Assembly: GCA_002696205.1 (NCBI GenBank)
Contig: NZRL01000014.1
Location: 290 to 64,289, forward strand
Reading direction: 5' to 3'
Length of the DNA stretch: 64,000 nucleotides
Source of the DNA: Rhodospirillaceae bacterium
GTDB taxonomy: Bacteria; Pseudomonadota; Alphaproteobacteria; Rhodospirillales; Casp-alpha2
The notes under the pieces were generated by a model. That model was given only the letters and a program-made list of their open reading frames with translations, searched no databases and was not told the origin of the DNA. Below, in pieces: positions 46,746 to 57,506 of this stretch. Positions within the stretch are counted from its first letter, which is position 1. Every line of letters begins with the position of its first letter. The position numbers and the translations under genes were made by a program.

Positions 46746-49106
46746 ATGAGCAACGTCAAAATCGGTGAATCCCTGCGGCGGGTCGAGGACCTGCGGTTCC
46801 TCACGGGCCACGGCCGCTATATCGACGATATCAATCTGGACGGTCAGGCCCGCGCGGTCGTCGTCCGCTCGCCTTATGCCCATGCCACCATCAATTCCAT
46901 CGACACCTCGTCGGTGGCGGACATGGACGGCGTGCTGCTGGTCGTCACCCGCGACGATTGGCAACGCGAAGGCTTCAAGCCCATGCCGACCAAATCGGGC
47001 GTGAAGAACAACAAGGACGGCACGCCGCTTTCCCAGCCGGACCGCCATGCCCTGGCCATCGACCGGGTGCGCTACGTCGGCGAGCCGGTGGCGCTGGTCG
47101 TCGCCGAAACCCTGCAGCAGGCCCAGGACGCGGCCGAGGCCCTGGACGTCGATTACGACGAACTGGACGCCGTCACCGATCCGGTGAAGGCGCTGGCCCC
47201 GGGGGCGCCCCAGCTTTGGGACGACATCCCGAACAACCTCTGCCTGGATTTCGAACTGGGCGACAAGGACGGCACGGAAAAAGCCTTCGCCGAGGCCGAC
47301 CACGTGGTCTCGCTGGACGTGCTGAACAATCGCGTCACCGCCGTGCCGATCGAACCGCGCGGCTGCATCGCCTCTTATGACGCGTCGGAAGACAAGTACA
47401 CGCTCTATAACGCGTCGCAGAACGTCCATGCCAACCGCGACACCTTCGCGGAAGTGCTGAACATCGATCCCGCCAAGCTGGACCATATCGCGCCGGACGT
47501 CGGCGGCGGCTTCGGCGCCAAGAACTCGGGCTATCCCGAACCGCCTCTCTGCCTTTATGCGGCGAAGCGGCTGGGACGTCCGGTGAAGTGGATCAATTCG
47601 CGGTCGGAAAGTTTCCTGTCGGACACCCACGGCCGCGGCCAGTCGTCGCGCGTCGAATTGGCGTTGAAGGCCGATGGCACGTTCATGGGCCTGCGCACCA
47701 CGACGATCGGCGGCATCGGCGCCTATGCCTGGACCGTCGGCCCGTTCACGCCGACCGGTGGTTCCGCCCGGACCCAGGGCGGGCCCTACAACTTCCCGGC
47801 CATGTACTATTCGGGCAAGGCGGTGCTGACCAATACGGCGCCGATGGACCCCTACCGGGGGGCCGGACGGCCCGAGGCGACGTTCCAGACGGAACGCATC
47901 GTCGAGTACGCGGCGCGCAAGCTGGGCTTCGATCCCATCGAACTGCGCCGCAAGAACCTGATGCCCAAGGAAATGCTGCCCCATAAGACGCCCATGGGCC
48001 TCGATGTGGATTCCGGCGACTTCCCCAAGCTGTTCGAGATGACCATGGACATGGTCGCCAAGGCCGATCAGGCCGCCCTCAAGGCCAAGGCCGAGGCGGC
48101 GGGCAAGAAGTACGGCTTCGCCATCGCGCCCTATCTCGAGTGCACCGGCGGCGGGCCGAAGGAGCACGCCGGCGTGACCTTCAACAAGGACGGCTCGGTC
48201 GAGTTGGCCGTCGGCACCTCGTCCACGGGGATGGGCCACGAAACATCGCTGGCGCAGATCCTGGCGGCGGCGCTCGGCATTGAAATGGGCCGGGTGAAGT
48301 TCCAACAGTCCGACACCACGGCGACGCCCTTGGGCGGCGGCCATGGCGGGTCGCGCGGGATGGAGGTCGGCGGCAACGCCGTCAAACAGGCCGCCGACGA
48401 GATCATCGAACTGGCCAAACCCATCGCCGCCCGGCTGCTGCAGTCGGAAACGGAAGAGGTCGATTTCGAGGACGGCACGTTCAAGGCCGGCGCCTCGTCG
48501 GTTTCCATGAACGACGTGATCGAAGCCTCGCAGGACGCCGACAAGCTGCCGGAAGGCATGGAGCCCGGCTGCCTGAACCATTCGTCGGTGTTCGAACGGG
48601 GCATCATCTCGATCCCCAACGGCGTTCATGCCGCCGCCGTCGCGGTCGATACCGATACGGGCACGGTCGAATTCCTGGGCTACTGGGTGATGGACGACTT
48701 CGGCACCATCATCAATCCCATGCTGGCCGACGGCCAGGTCATGGGCGGCGTCGCCCAGGGCATCGGTCAGGCCTTCCTGGAAGACATCGTCTACGATCCG
48801 GATACGGGCCAGTTGGTGACGGGGTCGCTGATGGACTACGGCCTGCCCCACGCCGACGAGATCCCCAACATGGAGATCGGCTATTACGAAGGCGAGCCGA
48901 CCAAGAAGAACCCCTTGGGCGTCAAGGGTGCCGGCGAAGCCGGCTGCGTCGGCGCCTGCCCGGCGGTGGTCAACGCCGTGCTGGACGCATTGAAGGATGA
49001 CGGGGTGACCCATATCGACATGCCGCTGACGCCCCAGAAGGTCTGGAAGGCGATCCGCGACAAGGGGGCCCACGATCCGAAAGCCCTGCTGGGCGACGCG
49101 GCGTAA
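46746..49106 (+). CDS. xanthine dehydrogenase family molybdopterin-binding subunit (CoxL-like, not form I CODH)
   Basis: RVEDLRFLTG.G.Y, VGGGFGAK, PYRGAGRPE, GGVAQGIGQ and GVKGAGEAG. Confidence 0.92.
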   Translation: MSNVKIGESLRRVEDLRFLTGHGRYIDDINLDGQARAVVVRSPYAHATINSIDTSSVADMDGVLLVVTRDDWQREGFKPMPTKSGVKNNKDGTPLSQPDRHALAIDRVRYVGEPVALVVAETLQQAQDAAEALDVDYDELDAVTDPVKALAPGAPQLWDDIPNNLCLDFELGDKDGTEKAFAEADHVVSLDVLNNRVTAVPIEPRGCIASYDASEDKYTLYNASQNVHANRDTFAEVLNIDPAKLDHIAPDVGGGFGAKNSGYPEPPLCLYAAKRLGRPVKWINSRSESFLSDTHGRGQSSRVELALKADGTFMGLRTTTIGGIGAYAWTVGPFTPTGGSARTQGGPYNFPAMYYSGKAVLTNTAPMDPYRGAGRPEATFQTERIVEYAARKLGFDPIELRRKNLMPKEMLPHKTPMGLDVDSGDFPKLFEMTMDMVAKADQAALKAKAEAAGKKYGFAIAPYLECTGGGPKEHAGVTFNKDGSVELAVGTSSTGMGHETSLAQILAAALGIEMGRVKFQQSDTTATPLGGGHGGSRGMEVGGNAVKQAADEIIELAKPIAARLLQSETEEVDFEDGTFKAGASSVSMNDVIEASQDADKLPEGMEPGCLNHSSVFERGIISIPNGVHAAAVAVDTDTGTVEFLGYWVMDDFGTIINPMLADGQVMGGVAQGIGQAFLEDIVYDPDTGQLVTGSLMDYGLPHADEIPNMEIGYYEGEPTKKNPLGVKGAGEAGCVGACPAVVNAVLDALKDDGVTHIDMPLTPQKVWKAIRDKGAHDPKALLGDAA

Positions 49107-49128
49107 CGCCCGCCGCCGCCTAGGAACG

Positions 49129-49168
49129 AAAAAACCGCCGCATCGGGAAACCGGTGCGGCGGTTTTTG
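49129..49168. terminator. probable bidirectional terminator
   Basis: AAAAACCGCCGCATCGG-GAAA-CCGGTGCGGCGGTTTTT between convergent genes. Confidence 0.85.
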
Positions 49169-49183
49169 TTTGGGCGGGTGGTC

Positions 49184-50386
49184 TCAGGCCCGGTTGATCG
49201 CCCCGGCGGCGCGCATCGCTTCGATCTCGCCCGCGCCGTAGCCGAGTTCGCCCAGGATTTCGTCGGTCTGCGCCCCGACCGGCTGCGGCGGCAGGGTGAC
49301 CTGGGACGGGCTCTCGGCCATGTGGAAGGCGATGACGGGCACGGTCAGACCATGGGCCGGGCTGTCCGGCGCGATCAGCTTGTGCAGGACCTGGCGCGAG
49401 GCGACCTGCGGATCGGCCAGGGCCTCTTCCAGGCGGCGGATGCGCTGGGCCGGAATGCGCCGCGCGTTGAGGAATTCCTCCCAATGATCCGCGGGTTTCT
49501 GTCCGATGATGTCGCGGAGTGCCGCCTCTTCCTCGGCATGGCCCGCCAGGCGCTGGTTGTTGTCGGTCTTGACCATGTCCGGCCGCCCCAGGGCCTCCCA
49601 CAGGCGCTTTTGCTGATGCAGGTTCGAGGCCGCGATCATCATCGGCGCGTCCGAGGCTTCGTAACAGCCGATGGTCGCAAAGGGGAAGCGGTTGCCCTTG
49701 GGCTCCGGGTGCTTGCCGTTCCAGGTGTATCCCGTGATGTGCGATGCGCAGAGAACCAGGGCGACGTCGAGCATCGACACATCGACGAACTGGCCCTTGC
49801 CGCCGTTGCGTTCGCGCTGCAGCAGGGCGGCGGTGATGGCGAAGGCCGCCGTCGTCCCCGTGGCGTAGTCGACCACCGGCGCACCGGTCTTGAGCGGCCG
49901 CCCGTCGTCGGCATGGGAGGTCATCGCCATCATGCCCGAGAACCCCTGCAGGATGTTGTCGTAGCCGGTGAGGTGCGCGCGCGGCCCGGTCGACCCGAAG
50001 GCCGAGATCGAACAATAGATCAGGCCCGGATTGATCTTGGCCATTTCCTCATAGCCCAGGCCCAGGTCCTCGAAGGCGCCGGGGCGGTAGTTCTCGACGA
50101 ACACGTCGGCGGTCGCGATCAGGCGTTTCAGGGCATCCCGGCCCTGTTCGGTCTTCAGGTCCAGGGCTAGCGCCTTCTTGTTCGCCGCCTGGGCCATGAA
50201 GGCCGTGCCCATGCCGGCATCGCTCATCGCCGGGTCGGAGCCCTGCCAGCGCGCCTGGTCGGGGTCTTCCGGGGCCTCGACCTTGATGACCTCGGCGCCC
50301 AGCACGCCAAGTTGATAACTGGCGAAGGGTCCCGCCAGAACATGGGTCGTATCGATCACGCGAAATCCGTCGAATGCCTGCGGCAT
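49184..50386 (-). CDS. CaiB/BaiF family III CoA-transferase
   Basis: LAGPFA...LGAEVIKVE, ADVFVENYRPG, SAFG.TGP and the catalytic Asp in VVDYATG. Confidence 0.9.
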   Translation of the reverse strand: MPQAFDGFRVIDTTHVLAGPFASYQLGVLGAEVIKVEAPEDPDQARWQGSDPAMSDAGMGTAFMAQAANKKALALDLKTEQGRDALKRLIATADVFVENYRPGAFEDLGLGYEEMAKINPGLIYCSISAFGSTGPRAHLTGYDNILQGFSGMMAMTSHADDGRPLKTGAPVVDYATGTTAAFAITAALLQRERNGGKGQFVDVSMLDVALVLCASHITGYTWNGKHPEPKGNRFPFATIGCYEASDAPMMIAASNLHQQKRLWEALGRPDMVKTDNNQRLAGHAEEEAALRDIIGQKPADHWEEFLNARRIPAQRIRRLEEALADPQVASRQVLHKLIAPDSPAHGLTVPVIAFHMAESPSQVTLPPQPVGAQTDEILGELGYGAGEIEAMRAAGAINRA

Positions 50387-50467
50387 GGGTGGTCACCTTT
50401 GCTTGGATGGATGGTTTGTTCGTTCGTATCGAGGGGGGCTTTTTGGATGGCGAAGGCAGGCGCCGGG

Positions 50468-50974
50468 TCAGCTGAAATGATAGGCGGCCACCCCGTTGGT
50501 CACGGTCTCGCCGTCCTCGGACAACGGCAAACGCAGGATCGTCGAAACGTACTTCAGGGATTTCAGAGACAGCCAAACCGTGCGCGAGGCGACCGGCCGT
50601 CGGCTTTCGATCATCGTCGGGAAGGTCTGCGCATTCGCGAACCCGAAGCCTTCGACATGATCCGCGTTGTACCATTTTCCGGTCAGTTCCATGCCCGAGG
50701 CCTCGACCAGCTTGGTGCCGTAAAAGCGGAACCGGTAATCGAAGGGTTGCGCCCGGAAATCAACCACGGAGACGAAGGGGATAACGTCGGCGGGCAGCCC
50801 GATCAGATTGAAATCCGCCAGCGAGGGCGCGAATTTTTCCCCGCGCACGGTCTCCCAATAGGTGTGGACAGCCGACAGGTCGGGCGCATCGATCCCGGAA
50901 ATCTCGATGCGCCTGTCCTCAAGGGTCTTCGCCCCCCTGAGGTTGTCGTCGTGTTCGAAGATCGCGCCCGCCAT
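50468..50974 (-). CDS. stand-alone PAS-like domain protein (PAS_5 type)
   Basis: YWETVRG...P....F, YRFRFYGT, ELTGK and LRLPLS.DG..V. The ATG at 50974 has a GAGGAG RBS. Confidence 0.7.
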   Translation of the reverse strand: MAGAIFEHDDNLRGAKTLEDRRIEISGIDAPDLSAVHTYWETVRGEKFAPSLADFNLIGLPADVIPFVSVVDFRAQPFDYRFRFYGTKLVEASGMELTGKWYNADHVEGFGFANAQTFPTMIESRRPVASRTVWLSLKSLKYVSTILRLPLSEDGETVTNGVAAYHFS

Positions 50975-51098
50975 TGGACTCCTCATCCCCCCGCAAACGT
51001 CCTCACCGAATTCGATATCGGCGGAGACAGTGATCTTTACCACGATCATCGGGCGAACGCCTATTCGGCGATGATACCGGAGGAGCGTACCGGCGCGC

Positions 51099-51551
51099 CT
51101 AGAACCCGTCGAGTTCGACGGTGAAATCCTCCGCCGTCAGTGATGTGGCGCCGAGCCAGTCCAACGCCGGGGCCAATTCGTCGAACGATTTGTGATCGAC
51201 GATCAGGCCGTTGATCTCCATCACCGCCCGAAGCAGACGAAAGATCGAACCGCTGGCCGATGGGCGCGTCACCGTCGCGGCACGAAACAACGGGGCGCCG
51301 CCGATGTTGGGCACCCCGGCACCGAAATACTCGGTCATGAATTTGTCCTTCATGGCGAGGATCGTGTCGAATTCGGCGTCGGAGATGTAAAGATCGCGGT
51401 GCAGAAAGATCAAGCGGTCCAGATCCGGCCGAAAATCGGGATCGGCGGCGTTCTTTTTAATTCTCTCGACGAAATCGGCGATCGTGACCGTGCCGCGCAG
51501 ACTCGCCACGAACATCGGCGGATTCGTCAACACGCGTGCATGAACAGCCAT
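51099..51551 (-). CDS. hypothetical protein (possibly SpoIIAA/STAS-like)
   Basis: G.VT..DF......DPDF.P and C-terminal F.....AL.WLG pattern. Confidence 0.55.
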   Translation of the reverse strand: MAVHARVLTNPPMFVASLRGTVTIADFVERIKKNAADPDFRPDLDRLIFLHRDLYISDAEFDTILAMKDKFMTEYFGAGVPNIGGAPLFRAATVTRPSASGSIFRLLRAVMEINGLIVDHKSFDELAPALDWLGATSLTAEDFTVELDGF

Positions 51552-51631
51552 CCCCCCACCCCCGTTCGTTTGATTGAAACCGGGTCTTCGCTAATACCAT
51601 CGTATGACAGAAGCGGCCCGGAATCACCCTG

Positions 51632-51970
51632 CTAGAGCATTTTCCCTTCGAACGGATGCCATCCGTCCTTGTGCTCGATCTCGACGACCCAAAGATCGCG
51701 GTCGCGGGAGACCTGGCGATCGATATAAGCGTCGGCGTCGGCCTCCGGCACCCATTCGCCGCCCAGCGCCGCCAACCAGCCCAACGCCCCGTCCATGCCG
51801 GTCGCCTGGGTTAGCACGCGGCAGGTGCCGTTCAGGCGGTTGAGTTTCAGGATCAGGGCGCCGCCCCGGTCGTCGCCGTGCCGCAAGACCATCGCCGGGA
51901 CGCCTTCGGAATTGCAGCGCCGGACATGGGCCATGATCCAGACATCGGATGTCAGTCGGTCGTTGGGCAT
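51632..51970 (-). CDS. DUF1491 family protein
   Basis: RL.SDVW..A.VRR, GD..GG...K, D.YI.RQ...D.DLWVVEIE. Confidence 0.85.
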   Translation of the reverse strand: MPNDRLTSDVWIMAHVRRCNSEGVPAMVLRHGDDRGGALILKLNRLNGTCRVLTQATGMDGALGWLAALGGEWVPEADADAYIDRQVSRDRDLWVVEIEHKDGWHPFEGKML

Positions 51971-52034
51971 TTGGGTTTCCCGTCGTGGTGTCGCGTTGAT
52001 AGTATCGCGCAACACCTGACAAGGGGAGCACGCC

Positions 52035-52811
52035 ATGGCCGGTCCGGCCATCAAATTGGAAACCGTTACCAAGGCCTTCGCCGACAACCACGTTCTGCGC
52101 GGCATCGATCTGGACGTTCCGGCGGGCGGCTCGGTCGTCGTCATCGGGCCGTCGGGCACGGGTAAGACGGTCCTGTTGAAAACGCTGATCGGCGTCCACA
52201 CACCCGACAGCGGCAGAATGTCCGTCGACGGCACGGAGGTCTCGGCACTGGACGCCGCCGGAAGGCGCGGTCTTTACGGCCGGTTCGGGATGCTGTTCCA
52301 GAAATCGGGGCTGTTCGATTCCCTGCCCGTCTGGGAGAACGTCGCCTTCCGCCTGTTGCAGCAGGACCGCATGAGCCGCCGAGAGGCCCGTGACCGCGCC
52401 ATCGAGAAACTGGGCCTGGTCGGCCTGGCCCCCGGCGAGGCGGATCTCTTTCCGTCGGAGTTGTCGGGCGGCATGCAGAAACGCGTCGGCATCGCCCGCG
52501 CCATGGCCGCCGACCCGGACGTGCTGCTTCTGGACGAACCAACGGCGGGCCTGGACCCGATCATGTCGAACATCATCAACGACCTGATCCTGGAGGTCAT
52601 GGAGACCACGGGAGCGACGGTCGTTTCCGTCAATTCGGACATGAAGGGCGCCGCCCGCACGGCCCAGACGGCGGCGATGATTTACGACGGGCGGATCATC
52701 TGGTCCGGTCCCACGGCGGACATGCGCGCGAGCGGCAATCCTTACGTCGATCAGTTCGTTAATTCCCGCGCCGAAGGACCGATCCCGACGGTCGTCGACC
52801 CCGCGGCTTAG
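52035..52811 (+). CDS. ABC transporter ATP-binding protein, MlaF/Mkl-like
   Basis: GPSGTGKT, FQ.SGLFDSLPVWENVAF, PSELSGGMQKRV, DEPTAGLDPI and NPYVDQFV...EGPI. Confidence 0.85.
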   Translation: MAGPAIKLETVTKAFADNHVLRGIDLDVPAGGSVVVIGPSGTGKTVLLKTLIGVHTPDSGRMSVDGTEVSALDAAGRRGLYGRFGMLFQKSGLFDSLPVWENVAFRLLQQDRMSRREARDRAIEKLGLVGLAPGEADLFPSELSGGMQKRVGIARAMAADPDVLLLDEPTAGLDPIMSNIINDLILEVMETTGATVVSVNSDMKGAARTAQTAAMIYDGRIIWSGPTADMRASGNPYVDQFVNSRAEGPIPTVVDPAA

Positions 52812-53203
52812 TCCAGGTCCTCGTTCACCGGCACGCGCGACGGCTTGGTCAGGATGAACCAGGCGCCATACGCCATGAACAGGGCCGCGGTAGCGATCAG
52901 GTAGGGCGGCGATTCGACGACGAAGGTGATATAGGAAAGGCTCAAGGTCATCGCCGAAACGGCAAAAATCTTGGCGCCCCGTGGGATGACCCGGTGACGG
53001 TCCCATCTTTGCAGCGACGGGCCGAACAGACGATGGTGATAAAGCCAATCGTGAAACCGCTCGCTCGACCGGGCAAAACACCATAAAGCGACCAGCATGA
53101 ACGGCGTCGTCGGCAGGACGGGCAGCACGACACCAAGCACGCCCAAGGCCACGAAGGCCCAACCGAGGATGATCAGAACGACTTTCCGTGTGGCTTCGGT
53201 CAT
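52808..53203 (-). CDS. YbaN/DUF454 family inner membrane protein
   Basis: LPVLPTTPFMLVALWCFARSSERFHDWL...FGP signature. Confidence 0.9.
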   Translation of the reverse strand: MTEATRKVVLIILGWAFVALGVLGVVLPVLPTTPFMLVALWCFARSSERFHDWLYHHRLFGPSLQRWDRHRVIPRGAKIFAVSAMTLSLSYITFVVESPPYLIATAALFMAYGAWFILTKPSRVPVNEDLD

Positions 53204-53374
53204 CGGCGTCCCAGCGGCCCGGCATCGCGCCCCATCGGGCGGCTTCGGGGCGGTTCAAAAATCAAAGGCATCTTGGCCTGTTTATCGAAAGGTCCAAATA
53301 TTACCAAAGGCTAAGGTGATTTCCCCCTGCCCGCGTATTATTGTAGCGCGATTCCGGGCAGAGAAAGAATTTGG

Positions 53375-55669
53375 ATGAAGGGTCGAGAAAGCACGGTGCC
53401 ATACCTCGAGTCGACCGCGGATGACGCGTTACTCTCGGGTCTCGACCATCTGGACCAGGGGGTACTGTTCATCGGGCCCGACCTATGCGTGCGCGTAGCC
53501 AGCAAAGTTCTGCATTCCATATACGGTTTTCCCGACGATATCATGGTCGTCGGGCAGCATATGTCCGAGGTCTTTCGTTTTCTCGCCGAACGGGGCGATT
53601 ACGGACCGGGCGACCCGGAAGCCATCGTCGAAGATCTTCTCGATTCCATTCGCAAGGGCCGGCGCAGCCAGGTCGATACCCGCCTGGGCAATGGCAAAAC
53701 GGTGGAAATCCGCCGAACCCCCCTGCCCGACGGCGGCATGATCGCCGTGACCACGGACATGACAGACCGCCAAAACGCCGCGGAAGCCCTGCGCCAAAGC
53801 GAACAACGGTTCCGCGATATCGCCGAAATCGCTTCGGACTGGTTCTGGGAGACGGACGCGGATATGCGGTTTTCCTATTTCTCCGACCGGAACCGCGAAC
53901 AACTCGGCTTCGATATGTCGACGATCATCGGCAAGAAGCGCACGGACATCACGCCGGAGAATGTCGACGATGCGAAATGGCAGGCCCATCTGGCCCAGCT
54001 GGCCGCGCATCAGCCGTTCAAGGACTTCCGCTACGACATCAAAACGCCGGACGGCATCGTCTTTCATGTCTCGATCAGCGGCAAACCCGTGTTCGACTAT
54101 GACGGCATCTTCACGGGTTATCGCGGGGTCGGGCGTGACCTGACCCGAGATACCGAATCGGAAGCGGCTCTGCGGAAATCCGTCTCCGTCCTGCAAGCGA
54201 CGCTGGACGCCACCGCCGACGGCATTGTGGTGGTGGAGCTGAATACCCGGGCCATACAGGCCTACAACCGCCGTTTCGTGGAAATCTTCGACGTGCCCGA
54301 AGATTTGATGGCCGCACGGGACGGATGGAAACTGCGCAGCTGGGTCGGGGAACTGGCCGTCGATACGGAAGCCTATTACAGCGACGTGGACATGCTTTTC
54401 GCACAGCCGGACAGAGAAGCCCGCAACACCATGGTCCTGCGCGACGGCCGGATCATCGACCGGTTCTCCCGCCCCCAATTCCTGGACGACGACATCGTTG
54501 GCCGGGTCATCAGTTTCCGCGATGTCACGGAACAGCGGCGGACGGCGGCAGAACTTCAATCTCAGAAGACCCTTTTGGAACTGGTCTTCCGAGACGTGCC
54601 GGACACCATGGTCCTGGCCGACGCCGACCGCCGCGTACGGATGTGCAACCCCGCCTTCTCCCGGTCGTTCGGATACGGCACGGACGAAGTGATCGGCCGG
54701 ACGGCGGACTTCCTTTACGAGGATCAGGAAACCTATGAACGCGACGGCTGTTCGCGGATCGCCGCCGCGGGCGACGCCGTGCAGGCGCCCTATATCGTCA
54801 ATTACCGCCGCAAAGACGGCGAAGTCTTCCCGGGCGAGACCGTGGGATCGACCCTGCGCGCGCCGAACGGCGATATTCTTGGCTTCATCGCCGTGATCCG
54901 CGACGTCGGCTCCCGCCTGAAGGCGGAACAGGAACGTCTGGACGCCCTGGAAATGGCCGAGGAAGCCAACCGCGCCAAGTCCGCCTTTCTGGCCAACGTC
55001 AGCCACGATCTGCGCACGCCGTTGAACGCGGTGCTGGGTTTCGCCGAAATCATCAAACAGGAATTGCTCGGCCCCGTAGGCCATGAAAAATATCTGGAAT
55101 ACGCGGAAGACATCCGCGAGAGCGGCGCCTACCTTTTGGACCTGGTCAACGACCTTCTCGACATCTCGACCATCGAGGCGGGCCAGCGGCAGGTTCGCCC
55201 GGAACCCATCGACATCAACCAGTTCATTCCCGAATGCGTGAAGGCGGCGACCGTCCGCGCGGCGGGCGGCGCCGAGGTCACGACCGACCTGGGGGACAAC
55301 CCGCCTGCCCTGCATGCCGATCGCCGGGCCATGAAGCAGGTGATCCTGAACCTGCTGGCCAATTCCTTGAAGTTCACGCCGGCGCAGGGCCGCATCGTCA
55401 TTCGCGTACACTATACCGGGGACCAATTCGAGATCGCCGTCGAAGACACCGGCAAGGGGATTCCGAAAGAGAACCTGAACAAGATCGCCCGCGCCTTCGA
55501 ACGGGGCCAGTCCAACGCCTATGCCACCGCCGACGGAACGGGCCTGGGTCTGGCGATCGCGCGGTCCCTGGTCGAACTGCACGGCGGGACCTTCACCATC
55601 GAAAGCGAAGTCGGCCAAGGCACAACCGTTACCTTCACCCTGCCCGATACTATGCCCTCCTCCTCCTGA
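53375..55669 (+). CDS. multi-PAS cytoplasmic sensor histidine kinase
   Basis: Several PAS repeats (ERGDYG, SDWFWETD, FTGYRG), H-box SHDLRTPLN, NLLANSLKFT and GTGLGL. Confidence 0.9.
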   Translation: MKGRESTVPYLESTADDALLSGLDHLDQGVLFIGPDLCVRVASKVLHSIYGFPDDIMVVGQHMSEVFRFLAERGDYGPGDPEAIVEDLLDSIRKGRRSQVDTRLGNGKTVEIRRTPLPDGGMIAVTTDMTDRQNAAEALRQSEQRFRDIAEIASDWFWETDADMRFSYFSDRNREQLGFDMSTIIGKKRTDITPENVDDAKWQAHLAQLAAHQPFKDFRYDIKTPDGIVFHVSISGKPVFDYDGIFTGYRGVGRDLTRDTESEAALRKSVSVLQATLDATADGIVVVELNTRAIQAYNRRFVEIFDVPEDLMAARDGWKLRSWVGELAVDTEAYYSDVDMLFAQPDREARNTMVLRDGRIIDRFSRPQFLDDDIVGRVISFRDVTEQRRTAAELQSQKTLLELVFRDVPDTMVLADADRRVRMCNPAFSRSFGYGTDEVIGRTADFLYEDQETYERDGCSRIAAAGDAVQAPYIVNYRRKDGEVFPGETVGSTLRAPNGDILGFIAVIRDVGSRLKAEQERLDALEMAEEANRAKSAFLANVSHDLRTPLNAVLGFAEIIKQELLGPVGHEKYLEYAEDIRESGAYLLDLVNDLLDISTIEAGQRQVRPEPIDINQFIPECVKAATVRAAGGAEVTTDLGDNPPALHADRRAMKQVILNLLANSLKFTPAQGRIVIRVHYTGDQFEIAVEDTGKGIPKENLNKIARAFERGQSNAYATADGTGLGLAIARSLVELHGGTFTIESEVGQGTTVTFTLPDTMPSSS

Positions 55670-55789
55670 ACGCGGGCATTGCGGCACAAGGGGCCGGCCG
55701 ATCCAGCCGCGCCATATCCCTTGGCGCGGCGGCGTTTTTTTGGCACAACCGGGGCGGCGTCATTCCTTCAACCGGAGCATCCTACCCTC

Positions 55790-57502
55790 ATGACCGAGAC
55801 CACCCCCCAGACGGCTTCACAAGCAGCCGAAGCCGAGGCCGACGGCCCGCGCGATTTCATCCGCGACATCATCAAGGGCGACCTGGCGTCGGGCAAGGTT
55901 TCGGGCATCGTCACGCGGTTTCCGCCGGAACCCAACGGCTACCTGCATATCGGCCATGCCAAGTCGATCTGCCTGAATTTCGGTGTCGCCGGCGAATTCG
56001 GCGGCCAATGCAACCTGCGCTTCGACGACACCAACCCGGCCAAGGAAGAACAGGAATTCATCGACGCCATCATGGAAGACGTGCGCTGGCTCGGCTTCGA
56101 CTGGGGCGACAACCTGTTTCATGCGTCGGACTATTTCGACACGCTCTACGGCTATGCCTGCCACCTGATTGAAAACGGCCTGGCCTATGTCGACGATCTG
56201 AACGGCGAGGAAATCCGCGAATATCGCGGCACCCTGACCGAGCCGGGCCGTAACAGCCCGCACCGCGACCGCACGCCGGCCGAGAACCTGGACCTGTTCC
56301 AGCGCATGAAGGCGGGCGAGTTCAACGACGGCGAGCGGGTGCTGCGTGCCAAGATCGACATGGCGCACGGCAACATGAACATGCGCGACCCGGTGATCTA
56401 CCGCATCGTCAACAAGCCCCATCCGCGCACCGGCGATGCTTGGAAGATCTACCCCACCTACGATTTCGCCCATGGCCAGTCGGACGCATTGGAGAAAGTC
56501 ACCCATTCGCTCTGCACCCTGGAATTCGAGGATCACCGCCCGCTTTACGACTGGCTGGTCGAACACCTGCCCGTCCCGGCACGCCCCCGTCAGTATGAAT
56601 TTTCGCGCCTCAACCTGGGCTATACGGTGCTGTCCAAACGGCGCCTGACCCAACTGGTGACCGAAGGTCATGTCTCGGGCTGGGACGATCCGCGCATGCC
56701 GACCCTGACCGGCCTGCGCCGGCGCGGCATCCCGCCGGAAACCATCCGTGAATTCATTTCCCGCCTGGGCGTGACCAAGCAGGACAGCGTCGTCGAATTC
56801 TCGCTGTTCGAACATTGCGTGCGCGAACACCTGAACAAGGCCGCCGAACGGCGGATGGCCGTGCTGCGGCCCTTGAAGGTGGTGATCGAGAACTTCCCGG
56901 AAGGCGAGGTCGACAACCTGGACGCCATCGACAATCCGGAAGACCCCGACGGCGGCAGCCATACCGTGCCCTTCACCCGCGAGATCTATATCGAACAAGA
57001 CGATTTCATGGAGGACGCGCCGAAAAAATTCTTCCGCCTCAGCCTCGGCCGCGAGGTGCGCCTGCGCTACGCCTTCTTCATCACCTGCACGGATGTGATC
57101 AAGGACGATGCGGGCAACATCATTGAGTTGCGCGCGACCTACGATCCGGAAACCCGCGGCGGCGACGCGCCCGACGGCCGCAAGGTCAAGGGCACCCTGC
57201 ATTGGGTCTCGGCCAGCCACGCCGTGAAGGCCCAGGTGCGGCTTTATGATCATCTGTTCCAGGAAGAATCCCCGGGTGCCGGTGGCCGCGATTATCTGGA
57301 GGACCTCAACCCGGGCTCCCTGGAAGTCATCGAAGACGCCATGCTGGAGCCGTCGCTGGCCGGCTGGCCAACGGGCAAGACGTTGCAGTTCGAACGGCTC
57401 GGCTATTTCTGCGCCGACCGGGACGGCACCGCCGATACGCCCGTGTTCAACCGCACGATGACGCTCCGCGACAGTTGGGCCAAGGCCCAGAAAAAAGGAT
57501 AG
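55790..57502 (+). CDS. glnS: glutamine--tRNA ligase
   Basis: [50 protein letters not shown] and QFERLGYF. Has the GlnRS beta-barrel anticodon domain. Confidence 0.95.
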   Translation: MTETTPQTASQAAEAEADGPRDFIRDIIKGDLASGKVSGIVTRFPPEPNGYLHIGHAKSICLNFGVAGEFGGQCNLRFDDTNPAKEEQEFIDAIMEDVRWLGFDWGDNLFHASDYFDTLYGYACHLIENGLAYVDDLNGEEIREYRGTLTEPGRNSPHRDRTPAENLDLFQRMKAGEFNDGERVLRAKIDMAHGNMNMRDPVIYRIVNKPHPRTGDAWKIYPTYDFAHGQSDALEKVTHSLCTLEFEDHRPLYDWLVEHLPVPARPRQYEFSRLNLGYTVLSKRRLTQLVTEGHVSGWDDPRMPTLTGLRRRGIPPETIREFISRLGVTKQDSVVEFSLFEHCVREHLNKAAERRMAVLRPLKVVIENFPEGEVDNLDAIDNPEDPDGGSHTVPFTREIYIEQDDFMEDAPKKFFRLSLGREVRLRYAFFITCTDVIKDDAGNIIELRATYDPETRGGDAPDGRKVKGTLHWVSASHAVKAQVRLYDHLFQEESPGAGGRDYLEDLNPGSLEVIEDAMLEPSLAGWPTGKTLQFERLGYFCADRDGTADTPVFNRTMTLRDSWAKAQKKG

Positions 57503-57506
57503 CCCC

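Noticed and set aside
46746-49106. Aerobic carbon monoxide dehydrogenase
   Set aside because: It lacks the AYxCSFR Cu-binding loop of form I CoxL.
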